Positions 12,531 to 25,249 of a stretch of DNA of 64,000 nt are shown piece by piece. The stretch comes from Vicugna vicugna (Eukaryota): assembly GCA_013265495.1 (NCBI GenBank), contig MU058844.1:9010184-9074183 (forward strand), given 5' to 3'. Position 1 is the first letter of the stretch. Each line of letters begins with the position of its first letter. A program made the position numbers and the translations under genes. Below the pieces are notes generated by a model that saw nothing but the letters and a program-made list of their open reading frames with translations, was not told where the DNA came from and searched no databases.

Positions 12531-13850
12531 GGAAAATGTAATAAACCAATAATCAAACAAACAGAAGATACTATGCAGTTAGGATTTTCTCTTAGTCTAT
12601 GTACAAAAGAAAATCCAGGTTTTTGTGAATATCTAGTTAACAGAAGCACAACTCTTTTGGATACAGTCTATCCCATTTTTAGAATTTTATATTCTAAATA
12701 TTAGCCTTAAGCCCAGGAGTCCTTTTTGATTGGCTAGAGAAATCTACAACGACCTCATTTTTATATTTTGTTTCTTAAATCTTTATTTAACATAGAAAAA
12801 ATTTTTCTTTGTTAATGTAGTCCATTAAATTAAAAGTATTTCTCCTTTTGACTGTCATTTTTTAATTCCTCCGACACATTTACTCTGATAGTCTATGGCT
12901 TCCTTGCTTTCAGATGGGTTCCTCTTTGTGTTGAGAAGAAAATAGTTTCATTAATGAGGTATAAAAGAAGATATTTGTTTTCTTGCATTTCTTCTTCTAA
13001 AATTGGAACTCTTCCTGGAGTGCTTTAATTTTAGAAAAATAATCCAAAATTAGCACATAATACATTTTACTGATACTGAAAAATATCACAATTGTTTCTT
13101 TCCATAGCTGTTACTATAAAATATGTTTTTTGTACTCATTGGTCTATGTATAATTGTAGAGTGTACAATGACTGTTTTATGCGTAAAATATAATTTTCTG
13201 TTGTTCATGGTGTTGATTCTGTTGTGGGTGAGCACTGCAGTCCCTTGATTCTGAGAAAAATAAAACCTGGCTTTAGCACATTTCCTCTGCTACTGAATAT
13301 AGAGATAATTATTCCGATGTTGCTGTGGAAATACTTTTAATGATGCTTTTTATAGATTGTGTTGTTGGTGTAATATTTCTGTTTATTTACTTACTTATTT
13401 ACAAATTTGTGAACTTAAATTATATTTTGTGAACATAGACGATTATAAGGCACTACTGCTTAAGACTGAAGAAGTAGGTACTCAGTAATTTGAATGAAAT
13501 GCAGATTCCCTCTCATTATCATGAACTCATTTTACTTTATCTCACACCTAGAAGTTATGCTTGTCTGCTTCCAGTTATAAATCGACTCTGTTCAAAACGA
13601 GTTCTGTCTCTAGACTCTATGAAGTATGTATGGATTTTTTTTCAATAGAAAGCAGATGCTTTATCTAGTTCTATTCTGAAAGGTGCATTTTACCCACTCT
13701 TTTGTTGAATCTGAATTCCTGTTACTTACATCAGTACCTGAGGTTTTGATACTTTTCAATCAGTATCTGCTTTAACACTGTACCCTGACATCCTCTGTGC
13801 TACTAATGGTGGCTGCCCTAATTTGTGCTCACTTGATCGATGGTGTTCTC

Positions 13851-14415
13851 TCATTCATTCAACGAAAATTACTAAGTATCTAGTAGTGGCCAGACACTAT
13901 TCTAAGAACCAGGATACTGAAGTATAGAAAATAAATAGAAGACTCTCCATTGTGGAGCCTCCATTCTAGTGGGAGTGACTGTTGAAGATGATAAATACAT
14001 AAATAAAATACCTGGTATACCAGGTGATCATTAAGCACTAAAGGGAAAAGCAAAGCAGGGGACACTGGAGGTATCAGGAAAGGCTAATCTGAGAATATTA
14101 TATTTGGACATAAACTAAAGTAGATGGGGGGGGAACTATGCAAATATTGGAGAGTGGGTGGGGAGAGGGTCACTGTATACCTTGTCAGGATTAGTTTTAG
14201 TCAGGAGGGTTTGAGAGAGAATAGACAGAATGGAGGTAAATACCATGAGTAGAGACAACTTTTTCAAAGAATTTTATTGTAAAGGGAAGTAGAAAAATGG
14301 GATAGTAGCAAGTAGGAGATGAAACGATTAATAATGAGTTTTTTAGGACAAAATTATAGCATATTTGTGTGCTGATGGGAATGGTCCAGTGGAAAGAGAA
14401 AAGTAATGATGCATC
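13851..14415 (-). mobile_element. L2 LINE (3' end plus a more internal segment)
   Basis: cattcattcaac...ccagacactattcta...ggagcctccattctagtggg (L2 3' end), then gagtagagacaactttttcaaagaattttattgtaaagggaag (L2 internal). Confidence 0.75.
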
Positions 14416-15112
14416 GGATGCCCAATTCTGGTTTCTTGGTCTGTTTTCATATCTTGCAGTACTGACACCTATTAAAATTAGATGTTGATTAGCCCAATTC
14501 CTACGGGCAAAGAAAACATTATGGTTCAGAAAAATGCATCAAAACACAAACATTTTGATCATATAATTGGCATGGATTTTCCAAAATTAATCCTCCTTGC
14601 CATCACTATTTTACAGAATTAACTGAATTTCCAAGCAGTTTTGCTGTTATGTCCTAGCCTTGGCTCTGATCAAAGGCTAATTTAAATTCTTATGGGGAGA
14701 AATTCTGTATTTTAGCCATTAGGTTATACTCTCATCTAGAAGCACAAGGACACTTTTATTATAGAAATTCCAAAATATGAATAACTATATCTGTCAATTA
14801 AGACAGATATAAATTTTATGTAGACTAAAACTACCCAGAACCATTGGGGTATGGGTAGCTAGGGATAAATATAATTAAGAAATCAAAGATGTTAAATATT
14901 TTAAAATATCTGATGTAATTTACTTCTAGCTTTTAAATTTAACATTAAGCTAAGAAATACACTAATTTCTGTTTGCATTATCATATGAGGACTATATTAA
15001 CAACATGTTAAAAATAGCAATTCAATTATTTGACATTAACAATTAGTTGAATGACTAAATGTTTACTTTGCACTGAGTCCTAGTAATGCCTTGAGAATAT
15101 ATCTTTAGAAAC

Positions 15113-15630
15113 TGTATCAGTTCAGACTTAAAGCAGCAAAGTCCTAACTAAAACCAGTTTTAAAACATAAAGAGATTTACTCATAATTCAGAATCCAAAA
15201 ATAAGGCAGGATTCAGCACTAAGTGGTACAGTGGTCAACTATGTCATCAAGAACACAATTTCTTCTGTTTCTCTGCTCTGCCCTCCAGAAATGTCATCTC
15301 CACCTCTAAACAGGCAAAACTCACAGCCACAAACTGGCTTCCATTAGCAACCTGGGCTACATGTATCCTTATTCACATCTAGTAGGAGACAGACCTCTTT
15401 CTGTTTCCAAAATTTTAAGAGAGTCACTGATGGTGCATCCCTAGGACAATGTCTGAGGACAAGGAAATAAACAATGCTAACTAGTGCAAGACAGAAAAGT
15501 TCTCTGAAGTTGAGAGATTAATTAGCTTTTCTCAGACTGCCTGGGTTGCATGTGAAGGGTAAAAAAAAAAACTTTTAAAATCTGAATATTTATAATATTC
15601 AGAGGAAAGGAGCTAGCAGTGTCCACTACT
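15113..15630 (-). mobile_element. Old MaLR solo LTR (MLT1K/L-like)
   Basis: tgtatcagttcag start; tgtcatcaagaac...ttctctgctctgccctcc; ends ...gtccactac. Confidence 0.65.
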
Positions 15631-15749
15631 GAGACCTAAATTTTTGTAAGAATTTCTTGATTTTTAAATTTTTCTTGTTTTACCAATGACCAGATTTCTT
15701 AGACAAGTGTAGTAGAGAAATTTATAGGACTTTTACTGTGTAACTATGT

Positions 15750-16865
15750 TTTTCAATTCAACAATAAAATATTTACTGATTTATTAAATTTTATAGATGC
15801 AATATGATTCCTACCTTCAATGAACTCAGAGTCTCACTGAGAAGACATGAATGAGCCACTGTTATAGCACATTAAATGTTGTAACCGAGTCAGTACACAG
15901 TGCTAGGAGAACATGTATAAAAGATCTGTTGTAGTTTCCTAGGGCTGAATAATAAATTACCACAAATATAGCAACTTAAAACAATACACTTATCTCACAG
16001 TTGACTTGATTCAGGAATCTGGGTTTTCTTAGCTTGGTCTCACAAGCCCATAATTAAGACATCAGTGGGGTCTGAGTGCTCATCTGGAGCCTGGGATCCT
16101 CTTTCAAGCTCACAGTATGGTTGGCTGAATTTAGGTCCTTGTGATTGTAGTACCAAGACCCTCAGCTTCTAGAGGCCACCTACAGTTCCCTTCAGGTTCA
16201 TCAGAGAGTTGCATTCATCCCAAGGGGGTTAGGGGGTGCAGATCTTCTTTTAAGAATTCTCACCTTAATAAGCCAACCCCATGCATGATAATAATACTTT
16301 CGATTAATTCAAAATCAACTAATTTGGAACTTCAATTACATATGCAACATCTCTTCACCTTTGCTGCTTTCTGTTGGCTAGGAGTAAGTCACAGGTCCTG
16401 TCCACACTCAAGGTAGGGGATACACAGAAGGAGCACAACAGAGGAAACAAGAAAATCAGGGTCATGACCCTGTTCCTAGGAGGCATCCACCAAAGGAGCC
16501 AAATTACTTCTATATAAAGGGGAAGAGGATTATTAAGGGAGGCTACAAACAATGGGTAAAATGTGAGTTTGGTAACAGAAAATAAATATTTCTAGGCAGA
16601 TAAGGGAGAGAAGAGCATGTAGATACTGAAATAAAATGAAGTATAGGCTTCTGGAGAGTTTTACAGTTCTATATAGAGTTCTATAGAGAAGTATAGAGTT
16701 TTAGAAGTGAATACATGGGGAATAAAGAAATAGTCCAATATGATTAAGCCAAAATGTTGAAAAGAAAAAATGTCTTTAGCTTTGATCATGTATGGCCATG
16801 TCATAATATGTCATTAAAGGATTAGACTTTTCTCTGTAGACAGTGGAGAATGATCACAGGCATTT
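15750..16865 (-). mobile_element. L2 fragment interrupted by an MLT1E-like LTR
   Basis: L2 3' antisense sequence at 15750-15925 resumes at ~16491-16865 (ggattagacttttctctgtagacagtggag). Confidence 0.55.
15927..16490 (-). mobile_element. MaLR solo LTR (MLT1E-like)
   Basis: aaattaccacaaatatagcaacttaaaacaa, ctctttcaagctcac, gattaattcaaaatcaactaatttgg, aagtcacaggtcctgtccacactcaagg match MLT1E-family hallmarks. Confidence 0.85.
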
Positions 16866-16886
16866 TCACTTTTGTCCGTGCATCTA

Positions 16887-17005
16887 TTCATTCATTCATC
16901 CACCAGTGTTTACAAATTGGTACCTTATGTAAGGCATCTCTTAGATGCCAGGGATATGAGGGTAAATGATACCTTTCCTGCCACCAAGGATTTGCATTCT
17001 AATGA
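16887..17005 (-). mobile_element. L2 3' terminal fragment
   Basis: ttcattcattcatcc...gcatctcttagatgccagggatatgagggtaaat...tttgcattcta. Confidence 0.55.
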
Positions 17006-18974
17006 CTAATGAATAAAGTTCATTTAGCAACTTGTATAAATGTGACTATGACACAGTTGTAAGTCTGTAGCTTACCTGGTCCAGCCCCAGAGAGACTTTG
17101 CCATCCAAAGTACACAGTTCAGCAGCCAAAATGATTTCAAAATTATTCAGTTCCTTTACTTATGTTTTTTGAAATTGAGAAGGGAGCATGAAACTTGCGA
17201 CCATGTTTCCTAAACTTTTCCTGTTCCTTTTTCCCGCCCACTGTCCGCATACACTGTAGTCGCTTCCATCCTTCTGTCTGTAAACTACCTGGAAAAACTC
17301 ATCAGTCAGCCCAAGTCTGTACACATTTTCCATATCCCCACCCCTCATGCTCTTTTCTCTTTACACTAAAATATAGCAGAACCAGGTCTAACAAGTTAGA
17401 AATCTCCTCATGGGACAACATAAAGAAAGAAATAGATTAGACAAAATAAGAATCTTTTTTGGGTGACAGGAAGAGGGAAGAAGCACAAAGGACTAATCAC
17501 AATTTAATGCATTTAAGTCTATCAGAATAATAATAATAATAATAAGTAAGTGTTTTAACTGTAGGAGGAGAAAAGACAACCACTATCTGCTTTTAAAACT
17601 GTATTAAAATAATTGCAATTTTAGAACACCCGAAGAGAGTTTTGTGGGGACTAAGATGCTTAAAATTTTAGAAGATAAATCAAGGACAGTGTGTCAAAGT
17701 TCAGTCCTGTTTTGCGAATTATTCATTTTTCATATTTTTGGAAGGTATGTGAAAACTAATGTTGCTTTAACCATGGAACTGGATGTAGAGAGAGCGGCAG
17801 TGGGGCCATGGTTTAGCAGCTATGGGTGGGCCAATATGGATTTAGCAAGAGATGTGGGTGGAAAAATTCAGACTAAGCTCTTGCTGAAATGAGTGGAAAT
17901 TTTTCATTTTTCAGTATCCTTCACATTATAGAGGTAAGCTCTAGTTTCTTAGACAAGCTAAAGTACAGATTCCACCCCCAGACTGGGAAGGAAAGGCCAG
18001 GAAAAAAATCTCTTGTAAATATAGCTTTACCAAAATGAATAACATTTTCAAGAGGCACGCAGATGAGAAAAAGGATGCCATATTTCCAGAATTACAGTTA
18101 CTCAAGTGTTCAAATGACAAGAAAGTACAAAGCAGCGTACAGATGTTTCCATGAATACAAGTAGCAGGAGAGGTGGAAGGTAAAGAACACGTATTTATGT
18201 CAAAATACATTTAAAAAACAAAACAAAACTGGAAGCTAGGTTTCAGAATTGTAAACTTCACAATACAAAATCAAGCAGCCCTGGATATGAATTAACTTTT
18301 TCATAACATTAAAAAAATTATTTGTATGTAAAATGTGCAGTGGTTTTAACAAAAGTCTATTCACATTTCAGGGTCTCTCCATTTGGATGACCCATCACTA
18401 CTCAAATCATACTTCAGTTAAGAAGATAGCCATACTGAGCACCTACTGCGTATATAGACTGCACTAGCCTTTGTGGATCATACATTGCAGGAGCTTGCAA
18501 TATCCTGGCTCTTTTCCAGAGAATTCATGATTAGTAAAGATTAGAAAAAAACCTTCATCCACTCAATTAGATGATTAAATATGTCAAATTTCCACTCACC
18601 ATAGTAACTGCGTTAAGTGGTATTTATTAAGGGTGGTTTCTAGGGTATGCAGAAGGCACTAAACTCACTTTGATCTTTTGTTAGTGATCATTAGCCCACA
18701 CTTTCTGTCATGTGACTCCTTAAATTTCTAAGGGTCAAGAATACATTGTTTTCCATTAGTGCTAACCACTTAGTTACGCTCTAGTGATCTTTCTATGACT
18801 ATTTAGCACCACTCTTTAAAAAAATAACGTATTGTGGGTTTTGGATTTGTGTGATTCTCTACCACTCTACACAAAATGGGAGGCAGCATATAAATAAAAG
18901 GAAGTTTCTACTATTATCTTTCAAAATACTTCGATAATTTGACACTTACCCATCTTCCCTCCTTATAATGTAAA

Positions 18975-19335
18975 CACTGTAATGGCTTCCCATTGCACTA
19001 GCAATAGAATCCAAACTCTCCCTGGGCTACCAGACACTGCATGGCATAAACCCTGCCCACCTGTTCTCTCTCTTCTCCTCACACACTTACTGTTGCCCAT
19101 TCTGTTCCCAACACACTGGTCCTTAGAACATACTGTACCCTTCCCACCAGAGTGGAGTTATGTGGATGCTCTCAGGAAAGCATCCTGACCCCTCCCTCAC
19201 AGCTGTTCTCTTGACTGAGTGCTTCTTATCCTTCAGACCTCAGATACCTTGTCTGTCTTATCGTTACTCTGCCAAAACTGTCAGATGCATCATAGGTGAC
19301 CAAACAGTGTTTGTTGAAGGAAAGAAAGAAGGCAG
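18975..19335 (+). mobile_element. L2 LINE 3' fragment
   Basis: atggcttcccattgcac...aatccaaactc..., ending in tgtttgttgaaggaaagaa (L2 tail). Confidence 0.7.
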
Positions 19336-20274
19336 AAAGGAAGAGGGGAAGAAAATAGCAATTGACTTTGGCACTATTTATCACATACTGTATGAGGTTA
19401 CAAATACACAAACGCAGATAATTCCATTTTAAAAGTAATCCATAATAAATATTATTATGATAAACTCCAAACAGCATTTTGTGTGATATATTCCTACAGC
19501 TAAAAATTGTACAGGTTTAAGGAGAATGTTACTTATACAAGGTCTTGAAATATTTCTTTAAATATACTATTTCATGCGATTGGACATACTGTAGGTCTCT
19601 GGATGGTTCATCATAGCAGTGAAAGCAACGTCACCGTAAACAATCAGAATTACACGCATATGTGAGTGTACGGATATAGTCTCTCCTACTGCCTGCTTTG
19701 TAGTGTGAGTCCCTCTATAATTAGCTAATCAGTTTAAGTAATTTTTACTAATTTAATTTTCTTCTCCATTTCCTATTAATAGATTGTCACGGTTGACTTA
19801 CCTGATGTAATTAATAGCTTGGAATCTACATTTTGACTGCTGAAAGACATCATTAAAATGAATCTTTAAATATTTTCAAGCTATTTAATTTCCTTTCTTA
19901 AAGACAGATTGAAGAGAATAGAATTAATTTGAAGAGAATAAGAGTTCCACTATAACATTAATATAACCTGTAGTTATTTTAATTGATCAATTTAAGAATT
20001 CATTCAATTAATTATCTCATATTTTTAATCTTCTGAAATTATATTCTTACTCTAATTAAAGTAATTATCATTTAATGGTGGAACATTTTATGAGGAAAAA
20101 TTAAAAAGAGGAAGCATTTCAAGTATATACATTTAAATTTCATGATATATAACAAAAAGAACAGTATACCTTTCTATTTCTTGTGCATGACTGACTTTAC
20201 AAAATAGATGTTTTCATTTACCTTTAGTGGATAATTGTAAGGGTTTGCTTTATCTTAGAATTGCAATTCTAGAT

Positions 20275-21120
20275 GACTCATTTATCCAGCAACGTATTTG
20301 AGCACCTATAATGTGACAGCCAGTGTTCTAGTTAAATTAAGGAATTATTACAATATAGCTATGTCATTTATTTACTCAGTAAATATATGTTGAACTCATA
20401 CTACATGACAGACAATACTGTACATTCTGGGGAAACAACAGTGAACAAATCAGTCTTTGGCCTCAGGAAAGTTACAGTCAAGTGAAAAAAGAAGCAGATG
20501 GATAGATAGGTGTTATGGAAAATTTTAAGGCAGGAAAAGTGATTTAGAAAGTGCTGGAGAAGAGAAGGAGATGCCTAGAAAGGTGAAGGTGTCTGTAGGA
20601 TTATAAGGATGGGTTATAATGTCTAAGATGGGTACTAGGGATGTGAGGACATGAGAATGAGGAGATGATCTATGTTGGATGTGGGTCCTTCTAGCTCTGG
20701 AGAATTGTTGAGTTTTGGTATTTGAGGGAATATTTAGAAATACAGAAGATGGTATATAGAGATGAAATGTTTACAATTGAGATTATGGTAATTGGGGTTT
20801 TGCTATTGATGTTAGCAGGACATAGCAGGACCTTGAAAGTGGGTGGCTAAGATGTGGTTTAGGATCAAATCATTGAGAAAGAGAAGGTCAGGATTCTTCT
20901 GTATGACCATTGAATCATCAATACTTCTCACCGGAAAAAATACAGTGGTTTTGAGCTAGATGTTAAAATATTTAAAGTATGAGGGAAAGTTGTTAAAATA
21001 CATCTTTAAATTACTACAACAAAGAAAGATAGCAAGCAGTGTAGCCTGAGAGTTTGGGCTTCAAAACTGGAAGTTTTCAGGAAGGCAATAGTCTGGAAGT
21101 GGCAATGAAGAGTAGGAACT
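20275..21120 (-). mobile_element. L2 LINE fragments (two 3' ends plus an internal segment)
   Basis: tatttgagcacctataatgtg; ggggaaacaacagtgaacaaa...ggcctcaggaaagttacagtc; internal gtgggtggctaag and tagtctggaagtggcaatgaagag. Confidence 0.65.
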
Positions 21121-21186
21121 CCTATACTAGAAATTTCATGGGGCGCCTATAGTACTTCCATAACAAACCATCATTACTAGTTTATC

Positions 21187-21760
21187 TGGTGGGCACAGTG
21201 GATTGGTGCACAACACCATCCCAACCTCCTTCTAATGAGCCTTTTTGAGTAGCAGAATGTGGGTGGCTACAACCTACATTTTCAAGATTCTCTTGCAGCC
21301 AGGGTCCTGATGTGATCTGATTTAGGCTCAGTCTCATGACCTCTTAAGTTCTCTTTCTGTGGCTCAGCTGACAAGCACAGCAGAGAGGTATGTAGGGCTT
21401 CTGTGGCAGTGCTAGTGGTCTTAGCATCTTGCTGACCACTTTGTGGAAGCTGAGAGACAGGGCATGCAGCACAGATCTCCCTGGTTCAGCTGCAGCAGGT
21501 ACCCTGTGCTTATGGAGCTGCCACTGCTGTTGTTTTCCTGACCACATTAGAGGTGTCTGAAAGTTGGAGATGTCCTGTTGGGGGAAAAGACAGCAGGTCT
21601 CCTGTATCCTTGTTCTGTGGGATAGCCTTAAGATTAATTACTAAATATTTAACCTAAAGTCTAGTTTTTTAGCTCCACCCTCCCCCAGCAACTCAATCAC
21701 TTAATATGCTGTGACTAACTAACTAGAGTGGATTCTGACCTCTCTAATAGAACCCTCTCT
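21187..21760 (+). mobile_element. ERVL solo LTR (LTR33-like)
   Basis: ctacattttcaagattctcttgcagccaggg and terminal ctagagtggattctg...gaaccct motifs as in LTR33-family elements. Confidence 0.6.
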
Positions 21761-22118
21761 AATAGGAAAATGTCTAACTATGATGAATCCCACATGGTAG
21801 CTATACAGGGAGAAGTTAAGGAAAAATGTTACATAAATTATTTCATGTAGCTTCTCTTTTGATCATACAGCCTTCCTTTTCGCTCTACAAAATGTAAGGG
21901 TAATTATTTTAACGTATTTTCCTCTGCATTTGGTAGAATTTCATGTCTGGCATTATAAATAATTAAATATCATTCATTAATGATCTAGTTACCTGTATAC
22001 TTCACTAAGAGACATATTCAGTGATCTACATCTTCCAGGTGCATGTCTTTTCTTACTTAACCTTCTAAAACAGTTAACACAAGAAAGGACACATTTATAT
22101 AAAATACAACAAAACAGC

Positions 22119-22530
22119 TGCATTGCTTTGCTGAGGTTTCTCTAACAAAGTATTAAACTGGGTAGCTTAAACAATAGAAATGTGTTGTCTTACAGTTCTG
22201 GATGCTCAAAGTCTGAAATCAAGCTGTTGGCAGGGTTGATTCCTTTTAAGAGCTGTATGGGAGAATCTGATCCATGCTTCTTGTTGCCTTAGGGATTCCT
22301 TGGCTCTAGACAGTTTTCTTCCTGTGCCTTCACATTGTGATTCTTCTGTAAGACTCTCTCTCTCTATCCCAATTTATAAGGACATAATCATGTTGGATTA
22401 TGGCCCAACAAATGACTTTATCTTAGTGTGATCATCTACAAAGATCTTATTTCCAAATAAGGTCACGTTCATAGGTACTGAGGGTAAGTACTTCAACGTC
22501 TTTTGGGGGAATGCAATTCAACCCGTAACA
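22119..22530 (-). mobile_element. MaLR solo LTR (MLT1B-like)
   Basis: TG...CA termini; ctgggtagcttaaacaatagaaat, cagttctgga, ttatttccaaataaggtcac, caattcaacccgtaaca. Confidence 0.88.
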
Positions 22531-22619
22531 ATAACCAAAGAAAAATATTAATGTCTGGTAACTGAAAGGTAAGTGTATATAGTAGAGTTGATAAAGAGAC
22601 AAGGAGATTGTATGTTTTA

Positions 22620-22810
22620 AGTAGTTCACTAATTCAATCTCAATAAGGACCCTGGTAAGAAATATCCTCATTTTGTCAGTGCCTAGACTGTGTTTCCAGG
22701 TATTTGAATAATTTGGCCAAGGTTAAACAAACATAAAGACAGTATTTGAATTCTGAAATTCTAAAACTAATCTATGTGAAACAAATCCAATACACTTTTC
22801 TACTCTTCTA
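22620..22810 (-). mobile_element. MIR SINE fragment (degraded)
   Basis: atcctcatttt...aataatttggccaaggtta...gtatttgaattc. Confidence 0.4.
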
Positions 22811-22999
22811 TACTATTTTCCCAAAATAGACATCTACATAAGAATTATAAATCTAGAAAGTATCCTTTATTGGATTTTCACAATCTTCATGAAAAGATAT
22901 AATATTGTAAGAATTATTTCATTAGGACAGAAAATTTGGTATGCTGGGAATTTAAAGTCCTTCCAGGCACATGATGCTGGTATGGTGGAAACTTTGGTA

Positions 23000-23330
23000 A
23001 GAGTTTCAGTAGGAGATGATGAGGAGACTGGGAAAAGAGAGAAGAAATAAGATCTCAGACATATATCTGGGGTAAATTTTATACATATTCATGGTTTATT
23101 GGATGTGTAGCAATGAGAAAAATGTTGAGTCTCAGATTTCTGATTTGAAAATAGGAGGTCAGTCATGAAAGCATCCACATGTCATAGAACCATTTAAAAA
23201 GAGAAGGTATAGAGAAGGTAAATTTTGAGGACATTGAGTTTGAGATGACTTTGAAACATTCACATGATGTGCACAAGGAAGTTCAAATATGAGAATCTAT
23301 GTTGATGGGAGAAGCCAATGACAGTCTTCA
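23000..23330 (-). mobile_element. L2 fragment
   Basis: ttattggatgtg...ggacattgagtttgagatgactttgaaacattca. Confidence 0.5.
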
Positions 23331-24988
23331 GAGGCCTGGACTGAGCATCAGAGTAAATGCTGAAGAGCAGCCAATTCTAAATATGAGTCAGAAATCAGAG
23401 AAATAGATGATGAAGCTGAAATAATTGTAGCAAAATATTTAGAATTTTTTACTATTAACATTTTAATTAATTTAATTATGTAAGCACAGTATGTTGATCA
23501 ATATAAATAATCAGCATTTGGATTAACGTATTACTTGCACTCATTAGAGTGTGTTGATATACATGTTGGTTAATCCTCAAGATTTCTGAGAAACAACAGG
23601 TTTTGCCCTATTTATAAGATTCCTTTCGATTTACTTTTTGTCAGTGATTCAGTACAACAAGCCGGTGGGAAAGAGGTGTGTAGCCTTATTGTCGACTCCA
23701 TTACTGTTGAGTTAGCATTATCTACTACTTTTCAAGTGCCAAATACTGCTCAGTACAAATAAAGTATAATTTTAATTGTCAGTTCATTTTTATAATGATT
23801 TAAAAATACTTAGAAGCAAACTAGTGTTATAAAATTCATGGAGGAGTCAGTAATGGGAACATGTTATACTTTCTCATTAATTTTTTTTTAGTTTTCACAT
23901 TTATGGTCTCACAGATTAAAGTTAATAGCAGGAAAAAACACTGAAGGAATGCCCAAAAATGCATAAGAAGAAAAACACTGAGAATCCATAAGTGATTCTT
24001 CTTTATTTTTATTAAGCAAAAGCTTAAGTGGCAACTTAAAGGTAAAATGTCATTGAATAACAAATGAGTTAATTTATTTCTACAATCTGTTATCAAGGAA
24101 AGGACAGTGGGTTGAAGAAAGGAAAAAGGCTAAACTATGCTGGATAGTTTAGTATATTTACTATAAGAAATAAAAAATCAAATTTGTTATTGTATATACA
24201 TAATTATTTTGAATTTCCAACTTTGTCAGTAATGTAGAATTTAGTTATATCAGAATACCATTCCTAAAGGTTTTTTTTTTTTCCTGATTTCATGGACTTA
24301 ATAAAGTGTCTACTTACATGTGAATAAGTTATAAGAGAGTTCATTCCTCCAAAAAGATCCTAACTTTCTATGGGTGAAAGGGCTCATTTAAAAAAGTACT
24401 TCTGAAAGAGTTAAAATAGCGTATCCTAACTTAAAGTTAATTCATTTCCTCTGATGATTGCAAAAGAGAAGTTATAGGCATTTGTCATTATACAGCAACC
24501 CAGTACGTGAATTACTATCGTAGGATGTAGAAGTCAAGGCCTTCATTCTGCTCCTTGCAAATTACTTACATTAGTCTGCTCCCAGGGTAAAGGGAAGGGA
24601 AGGTGTTCTAGATGACAGCATCAGTAGGCGTGTACACGTGGGTAGGGCTTACAGGAAAGAAACAACTTTCTGAGCAGGTCTGCTTGTTGCACTGACTATA
24701 CACACTGGGTTTGTACGGAAGGATTTAGGGGAGGAATCTGGGCTGGACGGAAAAGCATAGGGCCAGTTAATAGATACAGTTTTTACTTAGATTCTTCTAG
24801 GAGTTCTATCTAAACAGACTTACAAAGATTTCTGTCTGTCCTCACAATTCCAATTCAGTCTGCTCATGTTGTACTGACTCAGGGTGTCTTCAAGAAATAA
24901 TCATATAAATAAATGAGAAGAGAAACTAATATTTTCATATCACTTTTATTTTATTTTATTGTTGTTTCTTTCATTTGTTTTTTATAGA

Positions 24989-25035
24989 GGTACTGAGGTT
25001 TAATAGTGGTACTGAGGTTTAATAGTGGTACTGAG
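24989..25035. repeat. 19-bp tandem repeat, 2.5 copies (ggtactgaggtttaatagt)
   Basis: Perfect copies at 24989-25007 and 25008-25026, plus a partial copy at 25027-25035. Confidence 0.92.
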
Positions 25036-25249
25036 AGAAAAAATCATATATAAGATAGGCTGCTAATTTATTGCTATTTAAATGTCACAAATGAGAAGTA
25101 ACTCAAGATTCGTTTGATACATTGCTAGTGGCAAACTGATCTTGAAAGCTCACTTACCTATCTGTGCTTGGTTATTCTACATTTACTATGTTATTGATCT
25201 ATTTCAAACGACATAAGTTCTTAAAAATACATAAAATTTTAAAATGAAA

